Positions 31,126 to 40,427 of a DNA stretch of 64,000 nucleotides are shown one piece after another; the stretch's first letter is position 1, and the number at the start of each line of letters is the position of its first letter. This DNA comes from Nostoc sp. DedSLP01 (GTDB lineage: Bacteria > Cyanobacteriota > Cyanobacteriia > Cyanobacteriales > Nostocaceae), in the NCBI GenBank assembly GCA_034530875.2, contig JAVRCJ020000014.1:32001-96000 (forward strand). The letters run 5' to 3'. The notes beneath the pieces were generated by a model. That model made no database searches and was not told the origin of the DNA. It was given only the letters and a program-made list of their open reading frames with translations. The position numbers were made by a program, and so were the translations under genes.

Positions 31126-32412
31126 ATGAATATAGCAGTGGTGGGGTTAAGCCATAAAACAGCCCCAGTAGAAGTCCGGGAAAAGTTGAGCATTCCAGAA
31201 CAACAAATTGAAAGTGCGATCGCTCATCTTACCAGTTGCCCCCATATTGACGAAGTTGCAATTCTTAGCACCTGCAACCGCCTGGAAATTTACATTGTTA
31301 CCAGCGAAGCAGATCAAGGTATCCGGGAAGTAACTCAATTTCTCGCAGAACATAGCAAATTACCTGTGAATTCTTTGCGGCAACACCTGTTTATGTTGTT
31401 GCATGATGATGCAGTCATGCATGTGATGCGGGTAGCTGGCGGTTTAGATAGTCTGGTACTCGGAGAAGGTCAAATTCTAGCCCAAGTCAAGACTACTCAC
31501 AAATTGGGACAGCAATATAACGGTATAAAAACCATTTTGAATCGATTATTTAAACAAGCGCTAACAGCTGGTAAGCGAGTTCGCACTGAAACTAGTATTG
31601 GTACTGGCGCTGTCTCTATCAGTTCGGCAGCTGTGGAATTAGCACAAATGAAAGTAGCAAATTTAGCTGCTTGTCGAGTGGCAATTCTGGGTGCTGGGAA
31701 AATGTCGCGGTTGCTAGTACAACACTTGCTTTCTAAAGGTGCCGTGGAAATTAGCATTGTCAATCGCTCTCGCGAACGCGCCCAAGAATTAACCAAACAG
31801 TTCCCAGAACAACCTATTAAAATTCACACCCTATCGGAAATGATGACAGTAATTGCCGATAGCGATTTAGTGTTTACAAGTACTTCTGCAACAGAGCCGA
31901 TACTCGACCGTGCCAAATTGGAAATGGTTTTAGAAACTCAGCGCTCTTTGATGTTATTTGATATTTCTGTGCCGCGCAACGTTCATGCAGATGTAAACGA
32001 ACTGGCAAATGTACAAGCGTTTAATGTCGATGATTTGAAAGCTGTTGTGGCGCAAAACTACGAAAGCCGTAGGAGAATTGCCCAGGAAGCAGAACGACTT
32101 TTAGAAGAAGAGGTGGAAGCTTTCGATGTTTGGTGGCGTAGTTTAGAAACTGTCAGCACTATTAGCTGTCTGCGAAATAAAGTCGAAACTATCCGCGAAC
32201 AAGAGTTAGAAAAAGCTTTGTCTCGATTGGGTTCGGAATTCGCAGAAAAACATCAAGAAGTCATCGAAGCTTTAACGCGAGGCATTGTTAATAAAATTTT
32301 ACACGATCCAATGGTGCAATTGCGATCGCAGCAAGATGTGGAAGCTAGACGGCGTTGTATGCAAACTCTGCAAATGCTGTTTAACTTAGACGCAGGCGAA
32401 CAGTTTAGCTAA
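31126..32412 (+). CDS. hemA: Glutamyl-tRNA reductase
   Basis: [40 protein letters not shown]. Confidence 0.97.
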   Translation: MNIAVVGLSHKTAPVEVREKLSIPEQQIESAIAHLTSCPHIDEVAILSTCNRLEIYIVTSEADQGIREVTQFLAEHSKLPVNSLRQHLFMLLHDDAVMHVMRVAGGLDSLVLGEGQILAQVKTTHKLGQQYNGIKTILNRLFKQALTAGKRVRTETSIGTGAVSISSAAVELAQMKVANLAACRVAILGAGKMSRLLVQHLLSKGAVEISIVNRSRERAQELTKQFPEQPIKIHTLSEMMTVIADSDLVFTSTSATEPILDRAKLEMVLETQRSLMLFDISVPRNVHADVNELANVQAFNVDDLKAVVAQNYESRRRIAQEAERLLEEEVEAFDVWWRSLETVSTISCLRNKVETIREQELEKALSRLGSEFAEKHQEVIEALTRGIVNKILHDPMVQLRSQQDVEARRRCMQTLQMLFNLDAGEQFS

Positions 32413-32427
32413 ACTGAACAATAACCA

Positions 32428-32460
32428 AGCTCCCCGACTTTTAAAGGAAGCCGGGGAGCT
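32428..32460 (+). terminator. Hairpin after hemA (terminator or REP-like)
   Basis: AGCTCCCCGACTT...AAGCCGGGGAGCT inverted repeat. Confidence 0.5.
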
Positions 32461-32880
32461 GAGCTTTGAAAAGCTATTTCTTTAGCTTGAGGTTTTTGTT
32501 CGATGGTATAACTTTTTTGTCTGCATCTTTGCTCAAGTTCAACTAGTGTGAGAAACTTCTGTCCATTAGGACGATATATTTTAAAAATTTATAAAGTAAG
32601 TTTAAAGGTAATTCCCAAACAGCAACTTACCCATAAATTACTATTGGTAATTATGTACTAACATATATTGAGCGATCGCCATCGAAATATTAAGCATATA
32701 AGAAATAGGGCCATGGCTGAACTTTCACCCACAAACAAACACTCAATTAAATCAAAAAATTCTAGTACTCAAGTATAAAACAAGACTAGCTATTACGAGT
32801 AGATGATGAATTTTATTTGAATGAGATGCCTTGGTATGGTAGCACAGCTGTCCTACCATACAGCATTCAATGACAAAGGG

Positions 32881-33096
32881 CTATAAAAGTGGTCTAGTTC
32901 TAGCTTTATAGTCCATTAAAGCTCCTTGGCTAATTACAGTTCGCCCGTTTCTTCTACTCGTGGGAATTTGTCCTCTTTGCAGAGCCATGTATAGAGTACT
33001 CTGAGCTACACCTAGAAATCTCGCTGCTTGTACAAGTGAAGTACCCTGTCGGAGGGTACTCCCTCCTCTGTTCCTAATTGATGAGGGACGTATCAT
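32881..33096 (-). CDS. Small excisionase-like (HTH_17/MerR-type) DNA-binding protein
   Basis: SLVQAARFLGVAQSTLYMALQRGQIP..RRNGRTVIS pattern. Confidence 0.7.
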   Translation of the reverse strand: MIRPSSIRNRGGSTLRQGTSLVQAARFLGVAQSTLYMALQRGQIPTSRRNGRTVISQGALMDYKARTRPLL

Positions 33097-33268
33097 GGCG
33101 AAATGTAAAGAACAACTTAAGAAATCTCAATTTCCTACGAAAAAAACCTAAGAATTAACATTGATTCACAATTGCTCAAGATAAAGCAATGCTGTGTCAG
33201 AAGAGGACAGCAGAGCTAATTTGATTTTTTTCTAATTAGATTGAGATCTAATTTGATTATAACAAATT

Positions 33269-33853
33269 ATGGAGAAAGAACAGTTTCAGACCCTGCTGCG
33301 ATTTTTCAAAGCTTTAGCGGACGAAAGCCGATTGAAGATTGTAGGTATTCTGGCGAATCAGGAGTGCAGCGTCGAAGAATTGGCTGTGTTATTGGAACTC
33401 AAGGAACCAACAATATCCCACCATCTAGCGAAACTCAAGGAACTAAATTTGGTAACTATGCGCCCTGAGGGTAATAGCCGCCTGTATCAATTGGATAGCG
33501 ACACCTTACAAAGCATCAGTAAGCAAGTTTTTACACCTGAGCAAATTGCTTCTTTGATTGAGGATGTAGATACTGAAGCCTGGGAGAACAAAGTATTAAA
33601 AAATTATTTTGATGGCGATATCTCTGATGAGGACTCTGTTCAACGCCTCAAAGAAATCCCTGCTAGCCGCAAAAAGCGTTTAGTAATTCTCAAGTGGTTA
33701 GCCAATAAATTTGAAATTGGGGTTCAGTATCCAGAACGGGCAGTGAATGACATTCTCAAGCGGTATCATCCTGACTACGCTACCCTACGTCGGGAATTGA
33801 TAGGCTACCAGTTGATGGAGCGAGAAAATGGAGTTTATTGGCGTTATGACTGA
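33269..33853 (+). CDS. ArsR/SmtB HTH regulator with a DUF2087 C-terminus
   Basis: FKALADESRLKI...TISHHLAKL; IPASRKKRLVIL...DYATLRRELI. Confidence 0.9.
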   Translation: MEKEQFQTLLRFFKALADESRLKIVGILANQECSVEELAVLLELKEPTISHHLAKLKELNLVTMRPEGNSRLYQLDSDTLQSISKQVFTPEQIASLIEDVDTEAWENKVLKNYFDGDISDEDSVQRLKEIPASRKKRLVILKWLANKFEIGVQYPERAVNDILKRYHPDYATLRRELIGYQLMERENGVYWRYD

Positions 33854-33889
33854 TGAGTAGGGAGTGGAGGACTTACGCAACTGGCACAG

Positions 33890-34066
33890 GGCGGTCGCTA
33901 TTTGCAAGCTTTCACCCTTGATAGTCTAGGAACGCTTGCACAAGCAAAGGAAAACTATGCGGAAGCTAGGGCTAATTTGCAGACAGCGTTCGAGATATTT
34001 GTTGAGTATCAGGATGAATATAATGCTATAGAAACGCGGAAAATTTTAGAAGGTTTACCGGAGTAG
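33890..34066 (+). pseudogene. C-terminal remnant of a TPR-repeat (CHAT/NB-ARC-TPR type) gene
   Basis: Manual translation GGRYLQAFTLDSLGTLAQAKENYAEARANLQTAFEIFVEYQDEYNAIETRKILEGLPE*; one TPR unit plus a capping helix, no convincing start. Confidence 0.65.
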
Positions 34067-34127
34067 ATGCAATACGGTTCGGATAAGCATTTTTCATCTC
34101 TGATGTGGACTGGGAAAAGGGAAAAAG

Positions 34128-35399
34128 CTGACGGGGTGACAAAGCGGCTGAAGCCAAGAAAATAGAGGACTGTGACAGTTTTGGGGTAAAAAAAGATAGG
34201 TCAAGTATTCTCAACAAGACCTATCAAATGATAATGTTACCTAAATTCTACCAAAACTGCTTTCAAAATGTACTGACACCAGCGCAGTACAAGATGCTAG
34301 AAATCTTGATTATGGTGTTGCAATTTCACAAAACCGTGACGATTGAGAAACTAGCGACAGTGTTTCCTCAACCGATAAAATTTGAAAGCCGGAGACGGAG
34401 TATACAAAGATTTTTATTGTTGCCGCAGTTATCAATTCAATACATCTGGTTTCCATTAATCAAACGATGGGTAAAAAACAGCCGAAAACTGCCAAACGAA
34501 CAACTGATATTTGCCATTGATAGAACACAGTGGCGTTGTGAAAATGTGTTCGTTATCAGTTTAATAGAACAAAAAAGAGCTATCCCAGTTTATTGGCTAT
34601 TGTTACCAAAAAGAGGATGTAGCAATCTTGGCGAACAGAAAAAGTTAATTCGCCCATTATTAAGGTTGTTTAAAGGATATCAAATGTTGGTGCTAGGCGA
34701 TAGAGAGTTTCAGAGCATCAAACTAGCGAATTGGTTACAGAGCAAGAGAATTAAGTTTGTGTTACGCCAAAAACAAGGCACTTATATTCGACAAGAACAT
34801 GAGCCATACCAACGCTTGCAGTCTTTAGGATTGAATCCCGGAATTTCGTTTTTTCTAGAGGGTATTCAATTTACCAAACAGAAGGGTTTTGCTAAATTTA
34901 ATCTGGCTGGATATTACAAGCGAAAATATCGTGGCAACCTGGAGCCGGCTGGTTGGTTTTTACTCACGAACCTTGACAGCCTCAAAGATGCCATTAAAGT
35001 ATTTAAGCTGCGAAGCGGTATTGAAGCCATGTTCAAAGATTGTAAGACTGGTGGCTATAATCTTGAATCTACTTATGCTGATGGTAAACGCTTAATCTCA
35101 GTGATTTTATTAATTGCTATTGCTTATACTTGCGCCATTTTAGCTGGTCGTACTTCTCGTAAAATGGGACTACAAAAATATATTGGTCGTCTCCAGGAAC
35201 TCAAGCGAACGTACCGCCGACATAGTGCCTTTTGGGTTGGTTTATATGGCTGTTTGTGGGTAGGTGCAATGGAATTTTGGGCTGATTTAGCCTATCAGTT
35301 TATGCGTTTAAAGCCTGGTAAACTACCTTATTTTCATCAAGGTTTACGTGCTATGGCTCTTATCCAGTCTGCTTTATAGGCTCTTTGTCACCCCTTCAG
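34128..35399 (+). mobile_element. IS4-family insertion sequence (~1.27 kb)
   Basis: Terminal inverted repeats CTGACGGGGTGACAAAG (34128-34144) and CTTTGTCACCCCTTCAG (35383-35399), 16/17 match, enclosing the transposase. Confidence 0.9.
34228..35379 (+). CDS. IS4-family DDE transposase
   Basis: AIDRTQW, LGDREF, WFLLTNL, and FKLRSGIEAMFKDCK (YREK-like signature with F for Y). Confidence 0.92.
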   Translation: MIMLPKFYQNCFQNVLTPAQYKMLEILIMVLQFHKTVTIEKLATVFPQPIKFESRRRSIQRFLLLPQLSIQYIWFPLIKRWVKNSRKLPNEQLIFAIDRTQWRCENVFVISLIEQKRAIPVYWLLLPKRGCSNLGEQKKLIRPLLRLFKGYQMLVLGDREFQSIKLANWLQSKRIKFVLRQKQGTYIRQEHEPYQRLQSLGLNPGISFFLEGIQFTKQKGFAKFNLAGYYKRKYRGNLEPAGWFLLTNLDSLKDAIKVFKLRSGIEAMFKDCKTGGYNLESTYADGKRLISVILLIAIAYTCAILAGRTSRKMGLQKYIGRLQELKRTYRRHSAFWVGLYGCLWVGAMEFWADLAYQFMRLKPGKLPYFHQGLRAMALIQSAL

Positions 35400-35606
35400 A
35401 GAATATCCTTTGAAGCGGAGCAAAGAAATACAGAAATTATATGAATAAGTAATATTACTTATAACATTTATTTATGATATTGCTCCCTGTCTTTCTTTAG
35501 AGAGGGTTATGTTCCAATACCGTTCAGTTAAGGCTTTTTTCTCCCCCTGACTCCTCTGCCTGCCTTAACAGATAAATTTCTTAACCCAAGCCTATTGGGT
35601 TCTCAT

Positions 35607-37142
35607 CTAATTAACCAGTTTCTTAGACTTCAGCCACTCGCGGACAACTTGTTCGACAGGACGAGATTGGTTATCAACTTGATAATTCATTTTTTGCATT
35701 TCTTCAGTGGAAATTAACCCAGATAATCGATTAACAGCTTCTTTTAACTCTGGATATTTTTCCAAAATTGCTTGATTAAAGATAGGGACAGCTTCATAAG
35801 GTGGAAAGTATTTTTTGTCATCTTCTAAAATGACTAAGTTCAAGGCAGGAATCAAGCCATCTGTAGAATTGGCTGCTATCAAATCTACTTTCTTTTCTTT
35901 TAAAGCTTGATACATTAATCCTAAATCCATTTGTTGGGGAGGCTTGGTAAATTTAAATCCATAAGTTTTAGCTAATCCCGGATAACCATCTTCCCGTCCC
36001 AGAAATTCATAACCAAATCCTGCTTGCATTTGAGGCGTATATTTAGCAGCTTCGGAAAGGGTTTTAATCTGCCAGCGTTTAGCATCTTCACTGCGGATAA
36101 TCATAGCGAAAGTATTGTTAAATCCCAAAGGCGGCATCACTTCTAATTTAAAATTTTTGCTGTAGTCTTGTTTTACTCTTTCATATACTAGCTGGGAGTT
36201 ACTAATAGGCTTTTGTTTTAAAACAGATGTGAAACTCGTGCCTGTGTATTCTACATAGCCGGCAATTTGTCCTGCTTTTACGGCTTCATGACAGATAAAA
36301 GTTCCGCCTAAATTTAACCGCCGATCTACCCTTAATTTCGTATGGGATTCAATTTGTTGAGCTAGTAATTCTCCTAAGATAAATTGTTCGGTGAAATTTT
36401 TAGAGCCAATAATAATTGTTGGTGGCGTTAGCCAATAGGTAAAGCTAATTAAGCCTGCAACCAGCAAAGTTAATATACCCAAAAAAACAAAACTTTTTCG
36501 ATTAATACTTATACTTTTTTCTCTTTGCTTTGTCAGATTTTTTTCTAACCATCCCAAAGTAAAATCTGCACCGACTGCAATCAAAGCAGCAGGTATTGCT
36601 CCAGCTAAAATTAACTGATTATTAAGGGTAGAAATACCTCGAAAAATAAATACCCCCAAACCACCACCGCCAATTACTGCCGCAATGGTAGCAATTCCCA
36701 CAGAAATAACTGTTGCTACTCTAACTCCTGCTAAAATCACACCTAAAGCGAGGGGAATTTCTACTTGAAACAGCAATTGGCGGTCTGTCATTCCCATCCC
36801 TCGTCCCGCTTCTCTAATTGCTGGTTCGACGCTATTAATGCCGATATAAGTATTGCGAATTACTGGGAGCAAAGCATAAAGAATTAAGGCGACAATAGCA
36901 GGAATTTTTCCAATTCCTCCGAGAAATGGCACAGAAATCAGAAAGCCAAATATAGCTAAACTAGGAGTAGTTTGTATAGCGTTAGTTAGACCGATAATAG
37001 GTTGAGCAAGTTTCGGTTGGCGAGTAATAAAAACTCCTAAAGGTATGCCAATTGAAACGGCTACTACCATTGCAATTACAACTAATATTAAATGTTCTCC
37101 AGTGCGGAGAATAATTTCTAGGAAATATTGGTTGAAAAACAA
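35607..37142 (-). CDS. Osmoprotectant (glycine betaine/choline) ABC transporter, fused permease and substrate-binding protein
   Basis: QTTPSLA, EAGRGMGM (EAA loop), IGSKNFTEQ, YVEYTGT, LEDDKKYFPPY. Confidence 0.9.
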   Translation of the reverse strand: MFFNQYFLEIILRTGEHLILVVIAMVVAVSIGIPLGVFITRQPKLAQPIIGLTNAIQTTPSLAIFGFLISVPFLGGIGKIPAIVALILYALLPVIRNTYIGINSVEPAIREAGRGMGMTDRQLLFQVEIPLALGVILAGVRVATVISVGIATIAAVIGGGGLGVFIFRGISTLNNQLILAGAIPAALIAVGADFTLGWLEKNLTKQREKSISINRKSFVFLGILTLLVAGLISFTYWLTPPTIIIGSKNFTEQFILGELLAQQIESHTKLRVDRRLNLGGTFICHEAVKAGQIAGYVEYTGTSFTSVLKQKPISNSQLVYERVKQDYSKNFKLEVMPPLGFNNTFAMIIRSEDAKRWQIKTLSEAAKYTPQMQAGFGYEFLGREDGYPGLAKTYGFKFTKPPQQMDLGLMYQALKEKKVDLIAANSTDGLIPALNLVILEDDKKYFPPYEAVPIFNQAILEKYPELKEAVNRLSGLISTEEMQKMNYQVDNQSRPVEQVVREWLKSKKLVN

Positions 37143-37412
37143 AGTTATCTCCTAATACGGTTCAGTTACAGCAATTTTCATCTATCGAGAAGGAGAAGGG
37201 ATAAAAAGTTAGACTAATTGTGAGCTAAATAATCCTTCTGTAATGGGGAAGATAAAAACGAAACCAATTTTGGGCGGTTTGTTTATCCGTTTTCCCTTTT
37301 CCCTTCTTTTTATTTGAACCATATATTATTGTAGGGCACAGCTGTGCATCCATACATTCTGGTTTCATTACCTGAAAACTGCTGTCAGCAACTTGGTTCT
37401 TCAACCTTAAGA

Positions 37413-39299
37413 TTACCTGACGTTGGGACTTTCACTAGTACCAGATTGCTTGGTATCGGTAACTTCTTTTTGGGGATTCTTCTGATTACCTTGATTCTGT
37501 ATTTTCTCTAGTGCTTGTTTTGCCAAATTTTCAGCTGCTTGTTTAAATAAAGGTTCTATTTTATTTCGCCAGTATTGAGTATTCGGCAATTTTTCTGGAT
37601 GGTTTTTGTAATCTAAAACTTTATCCCATTGACCGGATTCTACTGCTTTATTAATATCATTAAATAATGCGTCTGCTTTCGCCCAATCATCTTGCCACTG
37701 GGCAATGACTTTGCCTGTTTCTTGGATACTAGTAGCGGCATTTGCAGGAATCGATCTTAAAAGGGCGATCGCTCCTACTATATCTCCTGAGTCATACTTC
37801 TTTTTCGCTTGTGCTAAAATTTGGGCGCTGTTGTCAGTAGGTTGCGATGGTTTTGGTTTCTCTGGTGATGAAGTGACTGCATTTTTAGATTTTGGTTTTG
37901 CCTGGGAAATCTTTCGAGTCGTAATTAAAGTACTATCGTCTACTATCTGAGTTGCAATGCCTTTTTCTTGTAGGCAAGCAGCCGATTCTCTTTTATTGGC
38001 TATCACATCCGAGTGCGCCCAAGCCAAACGTCCAGATTTGAGTTTAACTTGTATCCAACCTCGTTTTGTTTGCTTGCCAGTAACCTCGAAGCTGGTATTA
38101 TCCCCAACGCTTTGCAAAATATTATCGGAATTTATCGAACTGGGTTGAGAACGAATATTAGAATTTCCCACAACAACAGCCGTGCATTTGTTTGCTAAAG
38201 CGGTATCGCTACCTGTAAAATTAGCAGCTAAATTTTTTACGTTGGGATATACATTCGCTACCAAAGCAGCAGCGCCACCCGCCAAGAATATGCCAATTAA
38301 TATCGGCCATGGGTCAGATTTACTAGAGTTTTGGCGAACAGGTCTAGGGGGGACTGGGTTTGGTGGTGCAACTGCAAGAGTTTGTTGGCGAGATACTAAT
38401 TGGGGTCTGGGTTTAGCTGCTTGATAGGTGGAATTTTTTATAGATTCTTGAGGCGCGGAAAGTGCAGCTACAGGATTAATCGCCTCTCTACATGCTTGTA
38501 GTGCTTCTGTGGCGGTTTGGTAGCGGTCTTTGAAGTGATAGCGCACCATCTTTGTCAGTACTGCCGCCAGTTGAGGATTCACGGTTACTGAATGCTGCCA
38601 GATAATTTCTCCCGTTTCTGGGTCTTCTTGTAATTCTGTGGCTTGTAAACCCGTTAATGCTTGAATCGCAATAATTCCCAGAGAATAAATATCGCTGTTG
38701 GGGCGGGGTTTACCTTGTCCTTGTTCTGTGGGCATATAGCCAGGAGTGCCGATAACCACTGTGGCAGAGGCTTGTCCGCCGGCTGTCACCATTTGGGTAC
38801 GGACTTGTTTGACTGCGCCGAAGTCTACTAAAACTAACTTATTATCTGAGGCACGACGAATAATATTATCTGGTTTGATGTCGCGGTGAATCACACCTTG
38901 GCGATGGACAAATTCTAGAATCCCTAGAATTTCCTCCAATAGTTGAATTACTTGGCTTTCACTCCAACGCTTACCAGGTAAAAGTTCCTCAGCTAAGGTA
39001 TGTCCTTCTATATATTCTTGTACTAAATAGAATTCTTGATTTTCGTCAAAGTAAGCGAGTAGCCTGGGTATTTGGTCGTGATTGCCCAATTTTTCTAAAG
39101 TTTCGGCTTCGCTGTTGAATAGGCGTTTAGCTGTATCAAAAACTCTGGGGTCAGTGCCGGGTTTGAGGTGCTTGACAACGCAAATGGGGTTACCAGGCCG
39201 CCTAGTATCTTCCGCAATGTAGGTTTGACCAAATCCTCCCGTCGCCAGGACTCTAATTATTTGGTAACGATGGTCTAGTAACTTGCCTATCATATTCAC
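37413..39299 (-). CDS. Hanks-type Ser/Thr kinase with TM segment and extracellular SH3b-like domain
   Basis: GGFGQTY, HRDIKPDN, DFGAVK, GTPGYMPTEQ; TM ILIGIFLAGG; NIRSQPS...GWIQVKL..GRLAWAH. Confidence 0.92.
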   Translation of the reverse strand: MNMIGKLLDHRYQIIRVLATGGFGQTYIAEDTRRPGNPICVVKHLKPGTDPRVFDTAKRLFNSEAETLEKLGNHDQIPRLLAYFDENQEFYLVQEYIEGHTLAEELLPGKRWSESQVIQLLEEILGILEFVHRQGVIHRDIKPDNIIRRASDNKLVLVDFGAVKQVRTQMVTAGGQASATVVIGTPGYMPTEQGQGKPRPNSDIYSLGIIAIQALTGLQATELQEDPETGEIIWQHSVTVNPQLAAVLTKMVRYHFKDRYQTATEALQACREAINPVAALSAPQESIKNSTYQAAKPRPQLVSRQQTLAVAPPNPVPPRPVRQNSSKSDPWPILIGIFLAGGAAALVANVYPNVKNLAANFTGSDTALANKCTAVVVGNSNIRSQPSSINSDNILQSVGDNTSFEVTGKQTKRGWIQVKLKSGRLAWAHSDVIANKRESAACLQEKGIATQIVDDSTLITTRKISQAKPKSKNAVTSSPEKPKPSQPTDNSAQILAQAKKKYDSGDIVGAIALLRSIPANAATSIQETGKVIAQWQDDWAKADALFNDINKAVESGQWDKVLDYKNHPEKLPNTQYWRNKIEPLFKQAAENLAKQALEKIQNQGNQKNPQKEVTDTKQSGTSESPNVR

Positions 39300-39457
39300 T
39301 CCCCACAGCGATCGCTAGTATTTTTGCGCTAGTAATAAATATCTCCAAATTTTCTTCAATGAAATCCGCTATCTTGAAAAAAGATTTAGATTAAAAACGC
39401 AGCTTTTTAATAAACGCAGACTGTTTATTTGTCTTTTAGTGCCCCTGTTTATTACCA

Positions 39458-39946
39458 ATGCCACCCAGAATAACAAACTCAGTTGCATGGCAGCAGGCTG
39501 AAACCCTCATGCAACCTGCTTTCATTCGCGTTATTGACAATATCCGCAAACAGCTTGATGAGTCTTCTTGGACGGGAACTTATCAGGATGTGCTGATTTG
39601 GCCGCCTAACACTACTGATGAAATCAAAGCACTGGTGACTCAACTGTTGCAAGCAATGGAAACTGCAACGCCCGATGAAGCAGATGAAATCAGACAGACT
39701 TTGGCTCGTCTACCAATGCCCCATCCAGGATATCATTTACTTTTGCAGCGTCAACAGCAACAAGAGAGTATCGATTTATGGGAGTTGTGTTATCAAGTGT
39801 GTTTTCTTGAATACAACCCAGAGCAGGAAACGGCCAATATTGATACTAGTTTAATTGATGAACTCGGTGAAGTCGATTGGCTGCGTTTGGATGCAAAGGC
39901 AAAGCAGTTAATTGAAGAGAGGTTTGCGAGTTTACCTGAGAGTTGA
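39458..39946 (+). CDS. Hypothetical protein
   Basis: 162-aa ORF with typical composition (LMQPAFIRVIDNIRKQL, DLWELCYQVCF). Confidence 0.75.
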   Translation: MPPRITNSVAWQQAETLMQPAFIRVIDNIRKQLDESSWTGTYQDVLIWPPNTTDEIKALVTQLLQAMETATPDEADEIRQTLARLPMPHPGYHLLLQRQQQQESIDLWELCYQVCFLEYNPEQETANIDTSLIDELGEVDWLRLDAKAKQLIEERFASLPES

Positions 39947-39982
39947 AGCTCTGAGAATAGAATTCTGGGACTATACAAATGA

Positions 39983-40025
39983 AACCCACTTACCCTTCAG
40001 GAACAGCAAGGGTAAGCGGTGGGTT
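39983..40025. terminator. Hairpin between convergent genes
   Basis: AACCCAC-TTACCCTT...AAGGGTAA-GCG-GTGGGTT. Confidence 0.5.
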
Positions 40026-40051
40026 AATGAGGTAAGGCGATCGCGTTTTCT

Positions 40052-40303
40052 TCAAGCAGCACAATCTTCAATCATGCCGCTATAGTCAGTTGAGTTGCTA
40101 GGTTCTGACTGTGTTTTTAATTTAGACAGAAGCTCTTCCATACCTGGTATTTCTAATTGATGGAATGTAATTTGATTGTCCTGACTCTTAGCCGAAATAT
40201 CTGTAATACTTTGTAGAGTCATTTGGGTTGTTACAAAAAATTGCTCCATACCTGGTATTTCTAATTGAACAAATCTAGAATTATTTTCCATTGGCTCACT
40301 CAA
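40052..40303 (-). CDS. Small acidic protein with a duplicated QLEIPGME motif
   Basis: In-frame 24-bp exact duplication (40137-40160 and 40245-40268); divergent from the LuxR gene; start may be the ATG at ~40291. Confidence 0.6.
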   Translation of the reverse strand: MSEPMENNSRFVQLEIPGMEQFFVTTQMTLQSITDISAKSQDNQITFHQLEIPGMEELLSKLKTQSEPSNSTDYSGMIEDCAA

Positions 40304-40328
40304 ACGCTGCTCTGTATATCATGCTCAT

Positions 40329-40397
40329 TACGCAGATACGCAAAGCAATGGATACCTATAAAGCAAATCTAAATACGCCCAATACGCAAAGTACGCA
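40329..40397. promoter_or_regulatory. Iterated TACGCA motifs in a divergent promoter
   Basis: TACGCA at 40329, 40337, 40383 and 40392; TACGCC at 40374. Confidence 0.5.
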
Positions 40398-40427
40398 GAT
40401 TAAGAGAAATGCGGTATTCTGAAAAGT

